A stretch of 64,000 nt of DNA from Octopus vulgaris (lineage: Eukaryota), in NCBI GenBank assembly GCA_951406725.2, contig OX597816.1:49600001-49664000 (forward strand). Direction: 5' to 3'. The position numbers were made by a program, and so were the translations under genes. The notes under the pieces were generated by a model. That model worked only from the letters and a program-made list of their open reading frames with translations. It searched no databases and had not been told where the DNA came from. Shown here in pieces: positions 24,561-40,845 of the stretch (positions within the stretch are counted from its first letter, which is position 1; each line of letters opens with the position of its first letter).

Positions 24561-27255
24561 GAAGGGAGCGGTTGGAATCTCCCCATGTCCTGATTAATGA
24601 TACATCTCGTAATTGTGTCACAATAAAAACTCTGGTAATTGCGCAACCCGAGAATCACTACCTCATATGAGTGACAATGTAAAGAAGGAAAATATTGTGA
24701 ATAGCGGTGGTATTGAAACTGAAACTCTTGATGGTGACAGTGTTGTACCCGGCAGCCTCAGAGATATTGTTTGAATCCAGCCTGTCTTTATACAGCAAGG
24801 AAACAGCACACGGCATAGATAGAACAAACAAGTCAATGTCGTTTATCATGGAGTGTTACTACCTGAGCAACCCTGTAGACGAAAATGGTATTCCTATTAG
24901 GGAATAACGACAACGTATGTATGATCAATGGAGAGAAAAGGGATTGTTTCAACTCACTGAAGAGAATATGTGATTAAGTTAGAGCAATAAGAAAAAAATC
25001 ACTGTTTCACAGAAGTAGAGCTCGACGCTATCAAACGATGGATATTGGAAAAAAGAAGCAGGTGAACCGATGAAGATACTGTCCTTACTGTTAAATGTAA
25101 TCTCATAGCAGAAAACATAGGTGAGATCTCTAATAAGCCACAAGGAAGGAACAGTGGTAGATTGCTCGCTGAGAGACTCATGGATGGTTTGGAAAAAGAC
25201 AATAAAACTATTGGTGATATGACAGATAGGCAAAAGACAATCTACGACAGAATAAAGGTAAGGCTACAAGAGTATGATAGCGGCATTATTTCCAGCTTTA
25301 AAAAGTTTGATCGGTGGAAATTGAACCAAGAAACGAAACATTTGAATGGAATTCTGAAATACATCAAACGAAAAAGTATCTCAGAAACAAATAAGCTGAT
25401 CAAGGCAGCAGCTATTGTTGTAGCAGAAAATCTGTGTGTGTCCATGTCAAGAAAAAGAAACGTAATGGGAGTGATAAACGAAAAGATCCATGGTGAAAAA
25501 AATGAATACAGGCCGAAAAGTAAAGGGAGAGGTTTAAAAGCGAACAAAAGTACAAGACACTGAACAGGAATTATAATATTGAAAGAAAGGGCCAGAAAAT
25601 GATCATGGGGAGCTGAAGCAGCGCCACTTTGCAAAGGAAGCAGAGATTGTAAAATACGACCAATGAACGAAGGGGTAAGGTTATTCAGAGTAGATCTGAA
25701 GAAATTCTACAAAGAAAGAAATGCAGAGTGTACAGATGAAAAGTTGATACCAAATAACATTGAAAGTCAAATGTTTTGGGAGCACAAGAAGGATGCTGAA
25801 TGATTGCCAGAACTGAAACAAACAGTAGTTTGTCTAAAACAGACAGAGGTAGTCATTTCAATTAGGGAAGAGAAGGAAATCAGCCAAATAAAATAGGCAA
25901 CTGGAGTTCAAGGCTACTGGAACAAAAGATTTGGTGGCTGTCATGCGCGAAATAGCTGCGCAACTCAACACCTTGTTAAATGCCGACCAAGGAACACCAG
26001 AGCGGTTGACAATGGGTAGGACATTGCTATGCTTGAAAAACATGGAAAACGCCAATACGGTAGACAATTACTGGTCTATATCCTGCTTGACACGTATGTG
26101 GAATTTTAGATTGGAATATTCGCAGAGTCAATGTACGCACATCTGGAAAAAAATGGAGTCCTACCACAGGATCAGAATTGTTGCAAGCGTGAGTGCAGAG
26201 GTACCAAGGATCAACTCGTAGTAGATAAAACTGCACTTAGAGACTGCAAGAGGTGAGACACTGACTTGACCATGTCGTGGATCGATTACCGAAAGGTGTA
26301 CGATATGATCCCACATTCTTGGATTATGGAATGTATAAACCCATTTGGTATTTCATCGAATGTTGAGCGAATGCTTGGGAAAAATATGGCGAAGTGGAGG
26401 ACGGAACCGACAGTATTTAGAACAAGTGTTGGGACAATACAAATCATGAGACACATATTCCAAGGGACTACCTGTCCCTAGTGATCTTTGTACGATATTG
26501 TATTCAAGAATCACTAACAACCACTTATTATTCATGGTAAAGATGAATCTTAAGTCAGTCCCCTCGTCAATATGGAGCCCATCATCCACGTGAGGACACT
26601 GATCGCCTATACATGAAGCGTGGAAGACTGTGTCCGTATCTAACTCGAGAGTTTAATGAAATACCTCGCCCAAAGTAAGGAAACCTTGCTAGTGACAGTT
26701 AGAAATGAGGGAATATTGAGAGCGGTTTAAAAAAGGGGAACAAAAGAAGTACAAAGAGGACATATACAAGAATTACCCAAGAAGGGACTATCAATCAATT
26801 TCAAAGTGGGATTGGCTGATTAAAGGAACCCTAAGAAAAGTGATCGATGGTACTAAAATGGCAGCGGTTGACAAGGTGCGCCACAAATGCTATATAGTTG
26901 ACGTTGCATGCCTCTTTGACTGACGAGTACTCAAGAAGGAAGGGGAAACAAACGATAAACAGATACAACCCTCTTAAGTACAAAATAACTCGGCTATGGA
27001 AAATGAAGATAGTGCCAATTATTGTTGGGTCCTTGGAAACAGAATCACAAAGCATCAAGATGAATATAAAGGAAATTGGAATTGAGTGCCCAGTAGAACT
27101 GGCACAACATGTTCGGCTCCTTGCCACGGCCAGAATAATATTAAAAATATTAGATAGCTAAAAAGAACGAATACCATGGTGCTGTAGGCTGCAGGTAGTA
27201 AGCCCGGTACGCATGCGATATTCCATGAGCTTTAGAAAAACCTGTGATAAAGCGA
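24560..27255 (+). mobile_element. Decayed, internally deleted R4/Dong-type LINE retaining both ends
   Basis: Begins right after a long (AAT)n. N-terminal MECYYLSNP; RT motifs [10 protein letters not shown] and WIDYRKVYDMIPHSWI; C-terminal VPIIVGSL...LLATARII. Confidence 0.88.
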
Positions 27256-27289
27256 AAACAGCAACAACAATAGTGATGATGATGATGAT

Positions 27290-27945
<656 letters not shown>

Positions 27946-28916
27946 TAATGTATTTGTATTAATTTCATTTCTTTTGCAGTTCTTGTGTTCTTTTTGTACT
28001 CCAACGAGCTACTTAAATGAGAATTTACATTATAGTCAGAAAAAAATCTAATTATAGTCTATCAACTTGACCGATTAGCTTCGGCCTCTCGCTTTGTCTA
28101 AAAAATATTGGCGTAGATTTGTTTGCATTTGTTCATGGGTGTAGTAACTGACAATGCATTGACATCACATACGCATCTTTGGCAAAACCGAGAACGAAAA
28201 GAAATAATACATACAACAACAACTGCAACAACAGAGACCACAACAACTACAACAAGAATGATAATGATAAAGACATTACTTTTATTGTACTGGAAGTTCT
28301 CCATCGACTAGATTATTGGAGCCAGGTTGGTAGAGATACATCGCCAAGTTTTGCAAATATGTAGAAATTATGTAAATTGATTTCTTGTTGATATACGGAT
28401 TTATGTGGCAATGGAATAATGTGTTCTGATTACATTGGTTTTGCAGTAAACACTGATAGGATTTCTCTGTAGATAATTGAATAAATACAATTGAATAGGT
28501 GCCAGTATAAAAAGGTCTGAAAGGTATATACTGCAAAGAGATAAAGTCAAATTATGGATATATGTGTCAATTAAATATTTGTATTTGAAAATTTCTGTGA
28601 CCCCCACTTGTTTTTTCACGTAAACTTTGGACAGTTATTAAATGATTGAACATAACTTTTCTGTGATTATGGCGGAGAAACGGGCAAATGGGAAATGTAT
28701 TTGCGTTACTATATAAATTTTGAATATCTTCGTTGTTTATATTACAAGCAGTTGTATAAAAAGTCAACACTAAAAATGCCTAGTTAAATATATGACTGAT
28801 TTTCCAATAGTCCTGTGATTATTTATGTTTGCTCTTATAATATACCGGCCTTGCAACAAAATCTCTTATATGAATGTATATTTATGCATGTACATACTTA
28901 TAGCTATGTACCTATG

Positions 28917-28983
<67 letters not shown>

Positions 28984-29745
28984 GTTTCTCTGTCTGTCTA
29001 TCAGTATATATATATATATATATATATTTCTCTCTCTAGTTTCAGCTCAGAGCTGCGGCCATGCTGATGCACCGCCGTTATATATATAAAACAAATATAA
29101 TTTAGGGTATCCAGTAATTTTTTGCTAGTTTATTTTCTCCTTTTGTCTTCTCTCCGGGTGGTATATAAATATTTAATGTCGTTTTGAGTCAAGCTTTGGC
29201 TGCTACTTCCAGCGTAGTGGTATCTCTTAGATACCCTAAATTATAATTTTAATAATAATTATTACCTTTGAAAGCTTTTATTCCCACGCTGGCAACATAA
29301 ATACACACACAAATACACATAAATACGCACACAAATACACATATATACACACACACATAAATACACACACAAATATATATATCGTGTGATCACGAGACTG
29401 ACCAGACTATCGGATGTTATTAAACATGACGGGTCACTATGCGCTCTTCATCGTTTTAGCTTTCTTCGGAATGATGTCACTCCGTTCGTTGGCTAGATCA
29501 ACATTCCCGCTGTTAGGTGTGCCTGTCGCAGGGTTATTCGTTTGCAGCTGAATTGATTGGAAGAACATGAATTGAAACACGAAACACAATGCGGTCTGGG
29601 TATCGAAACGATGATCTCACGATGAGTGCATCTGGCCCAACCACTACGTCACAGCCTTTTCACACACACAAGCACACACACACACACACACACGCACACA
29701 TATGTATACATACACATACACATATATGTGTATGCGTATAAGTGT

Positions 29746-30130
29746 AGGCGTGGATGTGTAGTGAAAGCTTCCTTCCCAAAAACATGGTGCCGAGTTCTGT
29801 CCCATTGCGTGGCATCTTGGGCAGGTTAGTTCTGCTACAGCCTCGGGCCGACCAAAAATTTGAGAGTAGATTTGACAGACGGAAACTGAAAGAAGCTTGT
29901 CGTATATATGTGTGTATGTGTGTGTGCGCGCGTGTGTATTTGTGTTTGACCCCACGTCGCTTGACAACCGATGGTGGTACGTTTATGTCCCGTAACTCAG
30001 CAGTTCGGCGAAAGAGACAAATAGGACAAGTACTTTAAAAACAATAGGTACTGGCATCGATTCATTGAACTAAAATTATTCAAGGGTGTCCTCCAGCATG
30101 GCCACAGTCTAATTACTGAAAGAAGTAAAA
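29746..30130 (+). mobile_element. tRNA-derived CORE-like SINE (octopus OR-type), diverged copy
   Basis: tgcgtggcatcttgggcagg core, gacggaaactgaaagaagc segment, and ctccagcatggccacagtc tail shared with 40489, 52275 and 52884. Confidence 0.8.
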
Positions 30131-30147
30131 AATCGAAGTTATATTTA

Positions 30148-30304
30148 CCAAGGCTTGTTGAAAAGTTCCTGGCTTTGAGTAAATGAAAATGCAGGAAGAT
30201 CAGTTAATTATGGTTTGATTCACCATATCCCATTCACATAATTATTGCAGTAGTGCTTCAGTTTTTTATGATACCATTAAAGCCAGGAACTTTTCAGCAC
30301 CCTG
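30148..30304. mobile_element. 157-bp mariner-type MITE
   Basis: TA flanks. TIR core gttgaaaagttcctggcttt and aaagccaggaacttttcagc. Confidence 0.8.
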
Positions 30305-31884
30305 TATATCTGCACATGTAGGCTTTATGTACAAATGACTGTTCACGTGTTTGGGTGTGCGATAAAATTGTGTCACAACACATGAAGTTTAAAACCCTGA
30401 TGAAAATGAATCCGTAATATTTTATCAAAACAAGCGATAAACCATTAACTGAAACGTCCCTATGTACAAAAATACACTTCATAACATACTAATTTAGTAT
30501 GTAGTTGAAGGAAAATCCGTTGGAGATTATAAAAGTCTGGTGTAGAAAGTTAATTTTTGTTGTACTAAGATTATTGAAGGGAGAAACGTATTGGATTGCA
30601 CGTTTGCAACGTATTTTAAATTTAAAGATATCGTCATAGTTCTTCTTTAACGTATTCATTTATGTAAACCGAACAGATTTTAATAATGATTACTCTTGTA
30701 TTTTTTTCCATTTTGAAATATTACATTTGTGATTTTATAACAAAGTTAGTTTTCTACAAGTTTAATAATTAAAAAAATATTTTACCGGTTTCAGTGATCG
30801 CACTGCAACAATAATAGATAATGCATTCATGGTCTTTACTTATCGTACGGAACTAACGCCATGTTCGCTTAAATTATATATGTTATTCAAACATGAACGC
30901 ACAAATGAACTCACACAACATGGATTTCCAACATCTCCCTATAAATTTTTATTCACAAGATTTCGCCGGTTCGAAGCTATGATAAAATATTTATGTTCGA
31001 GAAGCTTGGTAGAGTGATGGCAGTGGAAACCGCCCGCTATCCAGGCGAAGCAGTTCACTCGTTTTTTGTGCACAGTGTCATTCCTTTCTAACAAAAACTG
31101 ATGTATGCAAATTTCATTTTATATTGCTTTTCGCAAAATATATCTTAGACGCCTTATTCGTAGAATGTTAATGTTGTGTCACAAAGAAAGAGGACCACAT
31201 ATACAGGGTGTATTAAGTGCAAATATAGTAAACATTTTAAATGAATGCATTATTTAAAATTAATATTTACTCATATTATCTTCACTATATAATTCAACTA
31301 TTATATTCACCTGCTATTACAAATGGAATATTTACTATAGACAGGGAAACCTAATAAATTATATGAATTTCAAATTTACCGTATCTAAAGTGAAAGCGAA
31401 CATAAATACATATATGGATATATATCTATACATATGCATATGACAGTTTATGTATGTATATATATCTCTTTAAGTATGTATCTGTGTGCATAAACATACA
31501 TACGTACATACATACATGCATATATGAACTTACATAAATACAAGCATACAAACACTCGCGCGCGCGCACAGACACATATGACCAATTTGTAGTAAAAGAA
31601 TCCGTAAGAAATTTGTAATGCGGTGTTTTACTCTGAAATTGTTTATTAGATTGAAAATAGAAGTATGAAATAAAGAGTTTGAAATCAACCACACACGCAT
31701 ACACACAAACACACGTACACACACACACATACGCACACACAAACATATATATATATATGCATTTATGCGAATATATATATTTGCATGCATGTATGTGTGT
31801 GTATGTCTGTGTAGCTATGTATATGCATATAAATATTCATATATACATACGTATACAAATGTGTATGTATGTACACTTGTGAAA

Positions 31885-31930
<46 letters not shown>

Positions 31931-31996
31931 GTATGTATATATGTATATATATATATACATATATACATATATTTATATGTATATATACATATATAC

Positions 31997-32067
<71 letters not shown>

Positions 32068-32364
32068 CATACAGTAAACTAATATGATTTGATATACATA
32101 TGCCTACCTAAACTTACAGACATATAATATAATTCTATCTTTATATTTCAAGACGATACTGTATCTGTTCGATATTCAGATATAGATTAATAGAAACCAT
32201 TGAAACACAGTAATATATATGATATATTCAATAAATATATTATGGGTATTTTGCTGTAATATAAGAGATCTAAGCTGAAATATCATCCACTTATATTATT
32301 TTTTCTTACATGAATAAGATAAAAGCATAAATATATACATTCATTTATAAATACGCACACACAC

Positions 32365-32456
<92 letters not shown>

Positions 32457-33859
32457 TCATATATAAATACACACAAATATATATAAATACCTATATATGG
32501 GTCTCTGTGTGTATGTAACTATGCAAACTCAAATGGAACTAAATCGCATTTATTAAAAATGGAATTCACTAGAAAACAGCCATTTCAATTATCTTACCAT
32601 ATTTGCTTCTGTAAAGGAAAGTTCAGGTTCTTTAAATTCGATTGAAATCGCTTCTTTGCACATGTCATAGTTAATACATATTTCTGCCCTAATTTCAAAG
32701 CGAAATTGAACATATTTCACAAAGAAATTCATTCATGTCGGTGGAAATTTAACATAGATAACTGGTGTCTAGCATAGTCTTGTTGGAGCAACTATAATAC
32801 AGAAACACCTGCTTCATATGTAAAACTTAAAACCGTATATATTTATTCACGGGCTACTAATATATATGTATCTTCATTCATTTGTACGAATTATTCACCC
32901 ATCAAGAATTGCATCATAGATTTCTGTAGGACATGTAAATTTATAATTAACTGAAACTCCACGTAAAATGTTTGTCATAAACAGGGGTAACATACCAGCC
33001 TATAATTTGACTTCAACAATTATGGTCAACCAGATAATACTCGAGATAATTTGCCCTTTCCTCTAAGACTAGTCTTTATAACACCAAATGAAATATGTTG
33101 TGGAAACAAGCCCAGTGACTGAGTTATAAAATAGCTATTATTGACAATTCCATTGGGTAATTTTACCTGCGGCGTCAGATACCTTGCTATCGTCAACGAT
33201 TCAAAGCAATCCAATTTGGAACACATAAAGTATCTTATTACCATTTTTGCAATTTGGTTTTCAATACATTCTTTTGTATAGAACGATTGTCAGCAGTTTG
33301 GTATTTAGAGTTACCTGGTACCGTTCATGTTTCACTGCTAGTGAAGTGAGTGAAAAGGATAGATATCAAAGTATCTGTTTAATTTTGTGCAGTCAGCATG
33401 AAATATAGATATGTATGTATCTATCTATCTATAACATCATATAAAATACATAACTGAAACGCATATGCATGCATACATAACACAGACACACATATACACA
33501 CGTATGATTAATAGTTTAAAGAAAACAAAGAGTATACATAAATTATACATTTTAAAATCTGTGTGCAGTCAATGTTTAAAAAAAATGAATATTCACTCTT
33601 TTCTTTAAACTAATAATTTTTTCTCCTCTATCGAAAAGAATGAAGTCTCTATAAGGATTTTCAGAACTGCAAAGTACTAAGAATGATTAAACCAGCTAAG
33701 CATAAACATTAGTAGTAAGGCACACGAATTCTAATCAGAATTATCAATCTCTAGCAGCGCAAACTGTTGCCTGTATGGATAATATATCCCCATAAAGAAA
33801 CATTTCTTTTGATGAATGTTTTGCAAACAGGCCTAAATCTCTGTCTGTCCTCTCTCGCT

Positions 33860-33912
<53 letters not shown>

Positions 33913-36900
33913 AAGGTAAGATCCAAGAATCCATGTGCAGGAATGTAGTAAGCTTTGAGTAGTCTGTAGAAGGTATGTAAAACAAATTTGTGAACAATAG
34001 TGGTTTATTGGCGTAGAAGGTTGTGATGTTTTCCCATATCGAAGTTCGATAAACTGAAAAGCGTTATTCTATAGTTCACGGTTTCTAATTGGTGTTAGTA
34101 TCCATGCGAACAAAAACTAAATTTTAGGAATGGAGCAGGTAAAATCCAGGCTACATATTTCCCCTAAATAGCAGAACCTTGGAAGTAGTAATTACTCAAT
34201 GAGATGTATTGCGCTAGCAACTCACGAGGCCGAAGATATATTGATTAAATGAACGTTAAATTGTCGTCAAGGTATCACAAGTGAACTTACAGGAAATTTG
34301 ATCTGAAATAGGTTCAAAGTACGAAGAAGGAGAACAAAGAAAAAGAAAAGCATATGTTTGAAGAAATAATATATGGGAGTGTCAAAAGTTGCTAAGAAAA
34401 AAGAATAAGAATAAAGGAAAGAAGCAGAGGAATTATAGGTGTGCTATATGGTAAGATTGAAGGTGGCTCGGAGAAGGCTTTTGCGAATATAGGCTGAGTT
34501 TATTTACTATGTCAACTGTAAATACATATTTAGTGGCTTCCTGTATATACATTGAAAAAGAGTCAGAGAAAACTAAAGCGAAGAATGCCAGGAACAGGAG
34601 AGAACGACACATTTTAGGAGTGGTTGTAAATGGGAATTTTTTAGGAGAAGAGAGGGAGAAAGTGAGGGAGATGGAGTATAATGCTTCTGGTGAATAGGGG
34701 AACATTGTAGTTCTAAGTAAGTTGGTAGTTTAACACTCAGCAGTAAAATTATATAAATCTATATTAGCCCACATGCACGTATTTTTTTCTGTGCGTCAGT
34801 ATTATCTTGTATAGGTAGCTTCTGTGCGCCAGTAGTATTTTGTTGTGTAATGTAGGCGCTTGCATATGCTCAAGTGCAAATAAAGGTGGAGAGAGATCAT
34901 GAGATTAAGAAAAAATATAAAATATAAAAAATGTAACGTTAATTAAAAAGTTGATGGTTATATATTCATGGAAGAGCTGCAAGCGGGAGTGTGAGAATAG
35001 TTAGGGAGTAGGACGATGGACGCCATTAATTTTACTTTGAGAATGTGTTGCATAATTAGATTGTTTCGTTCATTAAAACAATTGGTGAATTGCATAAGAG
35101 AAATGACTTCGGCGATTCATAGATCGCATTTGTTGTCATAACAGTTATACAATTTGGTATGGATAACTATGGACCATTTAAAATTATATGGAATTAAGTT
35201 TTGTTTTAGGCAATGTATTAGCCAAGATAAATAAATGCTATATAGTTTCCTTCATAAGCTCGTCCTCCTAGCGCTCAGAACAATTTTTCCATCGTCTTGG
35301 GTTAACTGCCCTCAAAGTTTGTTTTTACTGTTTTGCTCTCACTCTCCTGTTCTTGTTACCACTTTCACCCTCTGCCAAAACAAAAAAAAAAAAAACAAGG
35401 GAAGGATTGTTTGAACGAAGTCGCGTCTTGTCCTTACCTTCGACCGCGGAGTAGATGAAACAGAGACAACTGAAGAAGGGGAATATTCTTCATGTTGTAT
35501 GTCTCGTTTCTCGGTTTGTTTTTTTCGTTGTTCGAAACAAAGTTAGTTTCTATGTTTTTGTTTTTATGTTTTCGTTCCTCACTGTGTTCAACGTCTTTTT
35601 GACGTCCTGTATCTATATATGCATGTATATATACATATATATATGCAGGTATGTATATATATATATGTATGTATATATGCATATATTTATATCTTATTTA
35701 TATTATTATGTGTGCGTATGTATGTGTGTGTGTGTGTATAGATAGATAGTTAGTTAAATATACACTACCTATAAGACAACAGACGCCTGGACATTGTGTT
35801 TGTAGAAGACTTTTGAGAGTTCGATCTAAAATAAGATTGTAAAATAGAGGGACATAAAAACTCAGATCTGCTAGCGTCAATAATATTTATTTTAACAGAT
35901 ATAATTTATCATGGAAAAAATTGCATTTAAAAAATTCAGCCGATTTTCTGGGGCTTTTAGTAACCTTGATTTTTAATGATTTATCCAGTTATAAATCTTC
36001 CCCCAATCACAATTGAAAACTCTACAAGAGCTTTCCTCACATATTTTCCGGAACCAATAGGTTTCTCTTATTCTGGTTTTTAACTGTCTTCGATATGTAG
36101 TTCTTTTTCACTTGTTACCTTGATACACCATACTTCATTTTAAATATCGATACATGATATTTCTAAGATTTCATTTCAATGAAAATACAATTTTTAGCTT
36201 TCTTGAATTTTAATTTGAATATTAGAAAGGAAAAAAAAATCCAAACGAAAAAAGACAGAGAGAGAACGTTTGAAAAAAAGTAAGTTAACTCATGATTCGA
36301 AAGGAGAAAAAATTTCTTCATACAGAATGAAATCAATATGAAGAAACTGATTAACATTTTAAATGCGATTGATTTTAATTTTGATAAAGGATTTGTTCAG
36401 TAGCAATATTTCTCTTCAGGGGCATCATAATCCGTACTAACGTAAAGGGGACTTACTGATCAAACATATGTAAATGTGGAAGAATTTCCAAAATGTTAAC
36501 TATTTCCAATGCTTCATATACAGATTCTGAATAGTTGAAATATAAAATTAAATTATTGAATTATTAACCAAATTCTATATAATCTTCACTTTTCTATTAA
36601 TGATAATAAGGCATATATACTTCATTATGGTTTTTAGAGATTAAACTATTTATTCCTTTCTATGATGTTCTACTCTATTGATTATAATATTATTTTTATA
36701 ATAACCTTCATGTAAGTAAGGCTAATTATTGTACCCCTAGACTTTTATATTATCTTATATATAATAGCACAGGTAACTTCAGAACTTATAATATAATTCT
36801 TAGATTATAATTAGTATAAAGTTAGCATAGTCTATCGCCCCAGTATTCTTTTAATAAATGCCATTAAATGCCAGTGATCAATCTTCATAAATACCACCTA

Positions 36901-37194
36901 ATAAGTAAATATTAAAGTATATCAATAAATATTGAACTAACTCTATGTAATTTTTCTCTCTCTCTATTGTTGTAAAGTTTAGTATATACTCAAAATTATC
37001 CAAAAAGTTATCCTGTTTGGTTATAATATTTTCTGAATATTTTTATTGATAACCCTAAATTTTATCTTTATATGATATAGCAATAATTTAAAAATCAATC
37101 AACTATAGTAACCCATTATAAAATTTTCCCCTGTATTATCATCCTTGGTTTTATGAGAGCCTTGCCACTTTAACTAGTAATTAACATCTTGATT

Positions 37195-37485
37195 TAAGAT
37201 CTTCCTTTACCAAATTTCGTTATAGCCAGTATGCACTGTGGCCTCGATAAATGTGCAAAAGCTACCTTTAGCAAAGAAAAAAAAAAACAAAAACATCTAG
37301 TTTTAATCTTGAGCAGCAGAATGTCCTAAAGAAGTTACAACCAGTGAAGAACCACAAATACCTAGGGGTATTTGAAGGTGACGGAATCAAACATTCAGTG
37401 GTGAGGGAAAGGATCAGAAGAGACTGTTATCTCAGGGTAAGGGCAATACTGAATGCGAGAAGCAGGATCGAAGCGATCAATGCTG
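37195..37485 (+). mobile_element. R4/Dong-type RT fragment
   Basis: GLDKCAKATF, KYLGVFEGDGI, IEAINA. Confidence 0.7.
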
Positions 37486-37919
37486 TAGGCAGAAAGCCTG
37501 AAATTTCATGGAAGAGGAATTGTCGATTACATTGACTCCAGTGCATAAATGGTACTAATTTGATCGACATCGAATGGATGAAAGGCAAAGTTGACTCCGG
37601 CGGAAATTGAACGCAGAACGTAGCTGCTAAGCATTTCGTCCAGCATGTTAAATATCCTGCCGACTCGCTCCCTTATAAGTATGATAATGATAATAATAAT
37701 AATATTGATAATAATAATATGTAAATATATATATATATATATACTCTATGGATAGTAACGCATTTACATATGTATATAAACCCACAGAAGAATCCCCACT
37801 GTAAGATATCATTTGATAGCTGATACCCAAAGAGGAGCTTTCGAAGAACACTGTAAGGTAATTAAGTTGATTACACACACACACACGCACCCCCACATAC
37901 GTATATATGTATACATATA

Positions 37920-38700
37920 CGTGACCTGATCAATAAGAATCCGGACTGTTGCTAAAGCATACAGAGTAAAGCTGCTTGGAACAGATTGACCTTAACTTCT
38001 GCTGTGCATGCGCACTAAGTTTTAACGTTCTAGCTTGCATCTACTATTCACAGCAGTGCTTGGAAGTAACGTAACACGTGATCGTCGCATTGACCATCAC
38101 AGAGAAGTTGAGCAGAGATCTGCATCAAATTTTGCCAAACGCTTGGCGATACCTTCTCAGAACTACGCAAAGTTTTCAAAACATTTTGATCGTTCTCAAC
38201 ACAATCAAGATCTTCTGCAACGGAAACACGAGTGTGTATTTTTGCCTAGATGAAAGCAGCCTTAGCACAAACTTGGCAGTCATAATGGACTGAACTGAAC
38301 CGTAACTAATCTGCACATTCTCTGATAACTCACAGATTGTTATTCGAGGATTTCCCCTCGAAGCTGCAGGCACATCTGCAATGTTTTTTCTTAGTTCTAC
38401 TGGTTATAGGTCTCCTAGACCATTTCTTAAAATCGAGATTTTTTCTGCCATCTCCGAAACATCTAATACACTCGTACACTTGTATGCGACTCGTACACTC
38501 CTCTCCATACACTTTCTGCAACTTAGCGTATGTCTCTGAGCAGGTATCACCATGACAACGTTTTCTACAATGCGACGATCGCACGTCACACACTTAAATT
38601 CCAAGCACTGGTCTAAACAGTAAATGTGAGCTAGAACATTAAGCAGAAGTCAAGGCCAATCTGTGCCGCAATAATCCGGATACATATTAATCAGACCTCG
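37920..38700. mobile_element. Mariner derivative made of two inverted 5' ends
   Basis: TIR cgtgacctgatcaataagaatccgga and tccggatacatattaatcagacctcg. Both arms continue through the same 5' UTR (cagattg..cctt..acttctgct...ttctagct...cagtgcttggaa...gatcgtcgcattg) into transposase N-terminal codons (EQRSA on plus; TCSETYAKLQKVYGEEC and RRPITS on minus). Confidence 0.8.
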
Positions 38701-39254
38701 TTTGTGCATCTATGTATATGCATACATGGCCGCAGTGAAATGACTGAAACAAATAAAACAATAAAAGAATATATATATCTGTATATGTGTATGTGTCTCT
38801 GTTTTCTATGAATGTATGTGAGCGAATGTGTGTGCGCGTAATCCGGTGAGCCTTTGGGAGATTCCGTGGTACATTGAATAAAACTTACGTCGGCATTTGT
38901 CTTTTATTTATATATTTTTTGCTCCTACAGTAAGTTCGAATCTGCAGTTGGTAAGTTCGAAGATGATAACGTATTTCAAGCACAAATAGTTTCTATAAAG
39001 ATTGTTATCTTTTGCTAGAGGATTACCGAAATCCCAAGACTGAGCGCTTTGAAATTATACATAAGGCAATAAGGTTCAGAATTTCGATGCATCTATAAGA
39101 TAATTCAGAATCTTCCATGAATAAATAAATAGATACCAGAAAGAAATATCACAATTAACAACGCAAATACACAGACACTGAAAAATCAAACACACACAAA
39201 AAAATCAATTAGACGCACACATATTCATAGCTAAGTAAACATAAACACATATAT

Positions 39255-39628
39255 TCTTTTCTACTTTAGGTACAAGGCACGAAAATTTTGGGGAGGGGAT
39301 TAAGTCGATTAGATCGACTCCAATACGCAACTGGTACTAAATTTATCGACCCCGAAAGGATGAAAGGCATAGAACGTAAAGACAGACGAAATACCTATTT
39401 ATTTACTACCGACAAGGGGCTAAACACAGAGGAGACAAACAAGGATAGACAGACGGATTAATTCGATTATATCGACCCCAGTGAGTAACTAGTACTTATT
39501 TAATCGACCCCGAAATGATGAAAGGCAAAGTCGATCTCGGCGGAATTTGAACTCAGAACGTAACGGCAGACGAAATACCGCTTAGCATTTCGATCGGTGT
39601 GCTAACGGTTTTGCCAGCACGCCGCCTT
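39255..39628 (-). mobile_element. Meta-domain-like tRNA SINE with an internal duplication
   Basis: Reverse complement of the 11737 family; the core tcgaccccgaaa.gatgaaaggca occurs twice. Confidence 0.82.
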
Positions 39629-39932
39629 ACATAAATACATATAATGATAAGCTTGTGGAAGAAAAATGACCTAAAAACTGTGAGGCAGTTTAATCTTTGC
39701 TATAAATGTTATTCCTTTTTTTATTTCTTCTCACTCAAAGAGAGTAACACTTCGCAATTGTAACAGGTGGGATTAATTACCTACATTATAGGGAAATATA
39801 AATCTATTTCTACAGTGCGCTTACGTAAACTTTACATAGTTACTCACACACAATCTCACACGCGTGCAGTCGCTCACACACCCATATATACATATCCAGA
39901 CATACATGTACATCTCTATGTATATATGTGTG

Positions 39933-40062
<130 letters not shown>

Positions 40063-40097
40063 TGATTACATACACACAAGTATACGCATATATGCGA

Positions 40098-40148
<51 letters not shown>

Positions 40149-40488
40149 CATACATACATACACGCACGCATACGCATGTGTGCGTTTATATTTAACCTGT
40201 GTCTGCAGTAAAGAGAACGAGTAATTTCTTTTGCAGGAAGTAATTTTATATTGTTTCTTCCCTTAATTAGTTTCAATGAAAATGTAATTACTTTCACTTA
40301 TGGATACATTCCATATGCACTATTAACTCTGTTATTGCTGTGACTATAGAATCAAAAAGTATGTAACTCTGAATAGTATTCCTATGATGCACTTTTTAGG
40401 CAATTAACGAAAGCGTTAGTAGAGCATGCATAATTACATATTTCTAAAGGTCAGCGTATATTTAAAATAACTGATAATGAAAGTTAAC

Positions 40489-40845
40489 AGGCACAGGAGT
40501 GGCTGTGTGGTAAGTAGCTTGCTTACCAACCACATGGTTCCGGGTTCAGTCTCACGGTATAATCTTCTACTACAGCCCCGGGCCGTCCAAATCATTGTGA
40601 GTCGGAAACTGACAGAAACCTGTCGTATATATATATGCTCGTGTGTAGTGTTTGTCCCCCCACCATCGATTTAGAACCGATGTTGGTATGTTTACCTCCC
40701 CGTAACGTAGCTGTTCGGCAAAAGTGACGGATAGGATAAGTACTAGTCTCGGCTCAGAAAGAATAAGTCCCGGGGTTGATTTGTTCGATTCAAAGCGTTG
40801 CTCCAGCATGGCCGCAGTCAAATGACTGAAACAAATAAGAGAATG
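40489..40845 (+). mobile_element. tRNA-derived CORE-like SINE (octopus OR-type)
   Basis: Head aggcacaggagtggctgtgtggtaagtagcttgc...gggttcagt and tail gctccagcatggccgcagtcaaatgactgaaac. Confidence 0.82.

Noticed and set aside
28123-28170. GVVTDNA, resembling a hAT transposase motif
   Set aside because: It is too short and has no supporting flanking similarity.
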